Positions 5,842 through 6,057 of a stretch of DNA of 6,057 nt are shown in pieces (the first letter of the stretch is position 1; each line of letters begins with the position of its first letter). The notes under the pieces were generated by a model, which made no database searches, had not been told where the DNA came from, and saw nothing but the letters and a program-made list of their open reading frames with translations. The stretch is taken from contig NW_021829748.1 in the NCBI RefSeq assembly GCF_006345805.1, positions 1-6,057 of the forward strand, read 5' to 3'. Source of the DNA: Octopus sinensis. Lineage: Eukaryota. The position numbers and the translations under genes were made by a program.

Positions 5842-5851
5842 TCTCTCAATA

Positions 5852-6003
5852 TGCCTAACCACAAGTTTCCCCGGTTCATTCCCACTGCGTGGCAACTTGG
5901 GCAAGTGTCTGCTACCAAGGGGCCGACCAAAGTCTTGAGAGTAGATTTCGTACACGGAAACTGAAAGAAGCCCGTCGTGTATACATACATATATATCTCT
6001 CAC

Positions 6004-6045
<42 letters not shown>

Positions 6046-6057
6046 ATATATTATATA
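5852..6057 (+). mobile_element. SINE family A, head lacking its A box, plus internal (TA)n microsatellite; probably continues beyond the window
   Basis: ccggttcattcccactgcgtggcaacttgggcaagtgtct...ggccgaccaaagtcttgagagtagatttcgtacacggaaactgaaagaagcccgtcg matches 3165-3277. The TA-rich tract sits where the other copies carry their internal microsatellite. Confidence 0.85.
5979..6057 (+). repeat. (TA)n-rich microsatellite
   Basis: tatacatacatatatatctctcactctatttatatatatat... to the window end. Confidence 0.9.

Noticed and set aside
5541-6003. MYVC / HTYI repeat ORFs
   Set aside because: Translations of the (GTAT)n microsatellite.
1-6057. CRISPR array, rRNA, prokaryotic operon or intact autonomous transposon
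   Set aside because: No regularly spaced repeats with unique spacers, no rRNA signature, and all RT-related coding remnants are broken.

Overview
Repeat-saturated, non-coding eukaryotic DNA (intron or intergenic). The SINE families look like those I recall from Octopus genomes; that taxon call is from memory, not a database search. I find no host protein-coding gene, rRNA, true tRNA or CRISPR array, and nearly all listed ORFs are artefacts of microsatellites. The window holds eight pieces of three tRNA-headed SINE families (A, B, C here) and many microsatellites. It also holds two decayed LINE remnants on the minus strand. One is an RLE-type (R4/Dong-like) element whose reverse-transcriptase (RT) segment (2326-2821) and C-terminal segment (1656-1880) are split by SINE insertions. 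The other is a CR1-group ORF2 C-terminal fragment (3362-3500). Most notable are the reconstructable nesting of SINEs in the LINE, a head-to-head SINE pair forming a long imperfect inverted repeat, module sharing between SINE families, and a few unexplained structured or duplicated islands. I see no solid evidence for a new biological system; the findings are leads.
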